From: Eledone cirrhosa
Lineage: Eukaryota
Assembly (NCBI GenBank): GCA_964016885.1
Contig: OZ024744.1
Span: 61,380,001 to 61,444,000 of the forward strand
DNA: 64,000 nucleotides
Direction of reading: 5' to 3'
The notes under the pieces are model-generated. The model was not told the DNA's origin. It saw only the letters and a list, made by a program, of their open reading frames with translations, and did no database searches. Numbering within the stretch: the stretch's first letter is position 1; the number at the start of each line of letters is the position of its first letter. Position numbers and translations under genes: made by a program. Below, piece by piece: positions 63,983-64,000 of this stretch.

Positions 63983-64000
63983 ACATACATATGTGTGTGG

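Overview
This is AT-rich animal genomic DNA made almost entirely of transposon relics and tandem repeats. The repeat landscape resembles that of cephalopod (octopus-like) genomes, but that is an inference. No host gene could be established. From left to right it contains: (1) a Penelope-like remnant folded into a long inverted repeat; (2) a full-length but frameshifted Tx1/L1-clade LINE on the - strand; (3) an (AAT)n hotspot with two R4/Dong-like RLE retrotransposons and tRNA-derived SINEs; (4) mariner, Helitron and pogo-MITE relics; (5) a ~12 kb array of five ~2.2 kb composite units, built from two RLE retrotransposon families and a structured non-coding module, all joined by (ACAT)n; (6) RTE fragments and fold-back repeats; (7) a ~10.5 kb 26-bp satellite holding two near-identical 5'-truncated Tx1 copies; (8) three CRE-clade relics; and (9) a longer copy of the ACAT-associated RLE element. 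The most notable signals are the apparent (ACAT)n-targeting RLE system and its recombinant array, pseudoknot-compatible pairings in Tx1 3' UTRs, and satellite-driven duplication of a LINE. Family assignments come from recognising motifs by eye, not from database searches.
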